Shown one piece after another: positions 62,301-64,000 of a stretch of DNA of 64,000 nucleotides (position 1 is its first letter; every line of letters starts with the position of its first letter). A program made the position numbers and the translations under genes. Under the pieces are notes generated by a model. That model was not told the origin of the DNA and made no database searches. It was given only the letters and a program-made list of their open reading frames with translations. This stretch comes from Heterodontus francisci (lineage: Eukaryota). The stretch lies in contig NC_090378.1 of assembly GCF_036365525.1 (NCBI RefSeq), positions 118,529,593-118,593,592 of the forward strand, given 5' to 3'.

Positions 62301-63660
62301 CACTATATGGGTCTTTATTGAGAGTGGGAGAGAGATTTTTAATTCCTCCAACAGAACTACTTCCCTGAGATTCACATAGCTTTGCGGTATTTTAAGAGCC
62401 CTCAGCCACTGGTCAAAAGCCAGCTGCTTACTTCTTTTAAACTCCAGGTAGGTTTGATTAGCTTGCTTCCTGAGGGTTCATATGCCCCAAGGATAGCCTT
62501 TTTGGTCAGTGCATAATTTGCTGAACTCTTATCTAGCAACAAGGAATGAACCTCATGGGCTTTTCCAGTTTGCTTGCTTTGAAGTAAAAGAGACCAGGTC
62601 TCAGCTGGCCATTTCAGCTGCCTTGCCAGTTTCTCAAAAGACACAAAAAAGGCCTCCACATCTTCATCATTGAATTTTGGCATTAGTTATGTAAGTTTTA
62701 GCAATTTTTTGCCCAGCCTGAATTATGCTCCTCCATATTGGCCATGCTTGCACTGAGGTTACTCTGTCACCCCTGAGTTAACTCAAGCCGCTTCAGCTCT
62801 CTTTCTTCGGATTCTTTCTGGAATATTCTTTCTCTCTCTCGCTCCTCTCTCTCTTGTTCCTTCTCCTGTCTTTCTCTCTCTTTTGCCTTTCATTCTCTTC
62901 TCATTCCTTTCTGGAAGGCTCTCTCTTTCTTTTCCCATTCTTTTTTGGAAGCCTCTCTCTTTCTCTTCACATTCCTTTGGAAGGCTCTCTCTTTCTCCCA
63001 CTCTCTTTCCTCAAAGCCAAGTTTCCGCTGTTCCAATTGTACCTTTGCGAACAATACCCTGTCGAATTCTGCTTCTGACCCTGTTTCTGCTTCTTCAGAT
63101 TCAAGGAGACAATAGTTGGCCACTAGCCTTCGGAGTTCAGACTTCCTAGTACTGTGATCCCACACTGCTCAGCCGTGTTCCTCAACACCTCCATAGACAG
63201 TGCTTTTAAGTTATCCCAAGTTACTTCACCCTGGCTTGGAGAGCTGCTAGCTTCAGTTGCAGACATGTTAGTATTCAATCACACACGACCAGGAGAAAAC
63301 CTGTATTGAAAACTTGCTCTTTTTGATTGTGAACAATTAGGTTTCCCATTTCCAATTTCTCTTGTTTGTCTATGGGTAAAGTTACGGACACAGGCACCCA
63401 AATTTCTATTATGACCAGGTGAGAAAGGTGTCTGGGGATCCGCTTCAGCCTTCACCTGGTCTTCCTGTAACAGGCTTTACTTTTAAACATGCCGTGTTTT
63501 GAGCTCCCCCTTTGGTGAATCCTTGTTCACCACTTTCCAAATATAAGGCAAAGAAATGAGCACAAACAGGCTTTTTTAGGTTTAAAGAAGAAAAGTCAAA
63601 TTTATTAAAATTTAAATGGTAATTCGGTTAACGCCTACGGATACACATCATGCCCCACGC
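59325..63660 (-). mobile_element. Internally deleted Gypsy LTR retrotransposon, Gmr1-like domain order
   Basis: 3' LTR 59325-60174 (TGTTATG...CACAACA) and a homologous partial 5' LTR 63407 to about 63660. Degenerate tRNA-Pro-like PBS next to 63406. Gag with SCAN-like region, knuckle CFHCNKAGYLKADC, protease ILRDTG, then the integrase zinc-binding domain. No RT or RNase H. Confidence 0.88.
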
Positions 63661-64000
63661 TCTGCAGAGTGTTTCCGATTGTGTGAGGTTCATTTAGCCT
63701 TGCTGGTCACAACCGAACCCACTTATTTACGGTCGAAGGTCTGGGCTTACCTTCATGAATCACACTGAAGGATGATGAATAATGCAATCGATGCAGGTTT
63801 CAGATTTCGAATAATGAAAGTATGTTCAATATGTACTGCGGATCTCAGTGTGGCAAAACCCATGCTAATGTTCCTATATGACTAACAACAAATCGATTAC
63901 TTCCCCTTGGACTTCTTAAACTAAGCCCCTCTGTGTTCCCTAACTCACAGTCGGTTAATTCCCAACACTACACTAACCCCCTTTTCTAAAGTTTGGTCGG

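Overview
Vertebrate genomic DNA, almost certainly from a cartilaginous fish (shark-type Ig V segment, HE1-like V-SINE, shark-type CR1 tails). The only recognisable host gene is an unrearranged immunoglobulin kappa-type (type III, NS4-like) light-chain V segment on the minus strand. It has a variant octamer, TATA box, leader exon (32966-33014), V exon (32471-32779) and a perfect 12-spacer RSS (32443-32470). No nearby J segment follows. Instead, a 61-bp tandem array of at least 32.4 kb (about 530 copies) begins 5 bp past the RSS nonamer and runs off the window edge; every unit carries two RSS-heptamer-like motifs. The upstream half is repeats: 43-, 32-, 23- and 36-bp minisatellites, CR1/L2 LINE pieces, a young Tx1-like LINE inside the 36-bp array, a TSD-flanked single-ORF LINE with a tRNA-derived head plus its internally deleted derivative, a V-SINE, a hAT MITE, a Penelope-type remnant and a deleted Gmr1-like LTR retrotransposon. 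All family assignments are from recognition by eye, not database searches.
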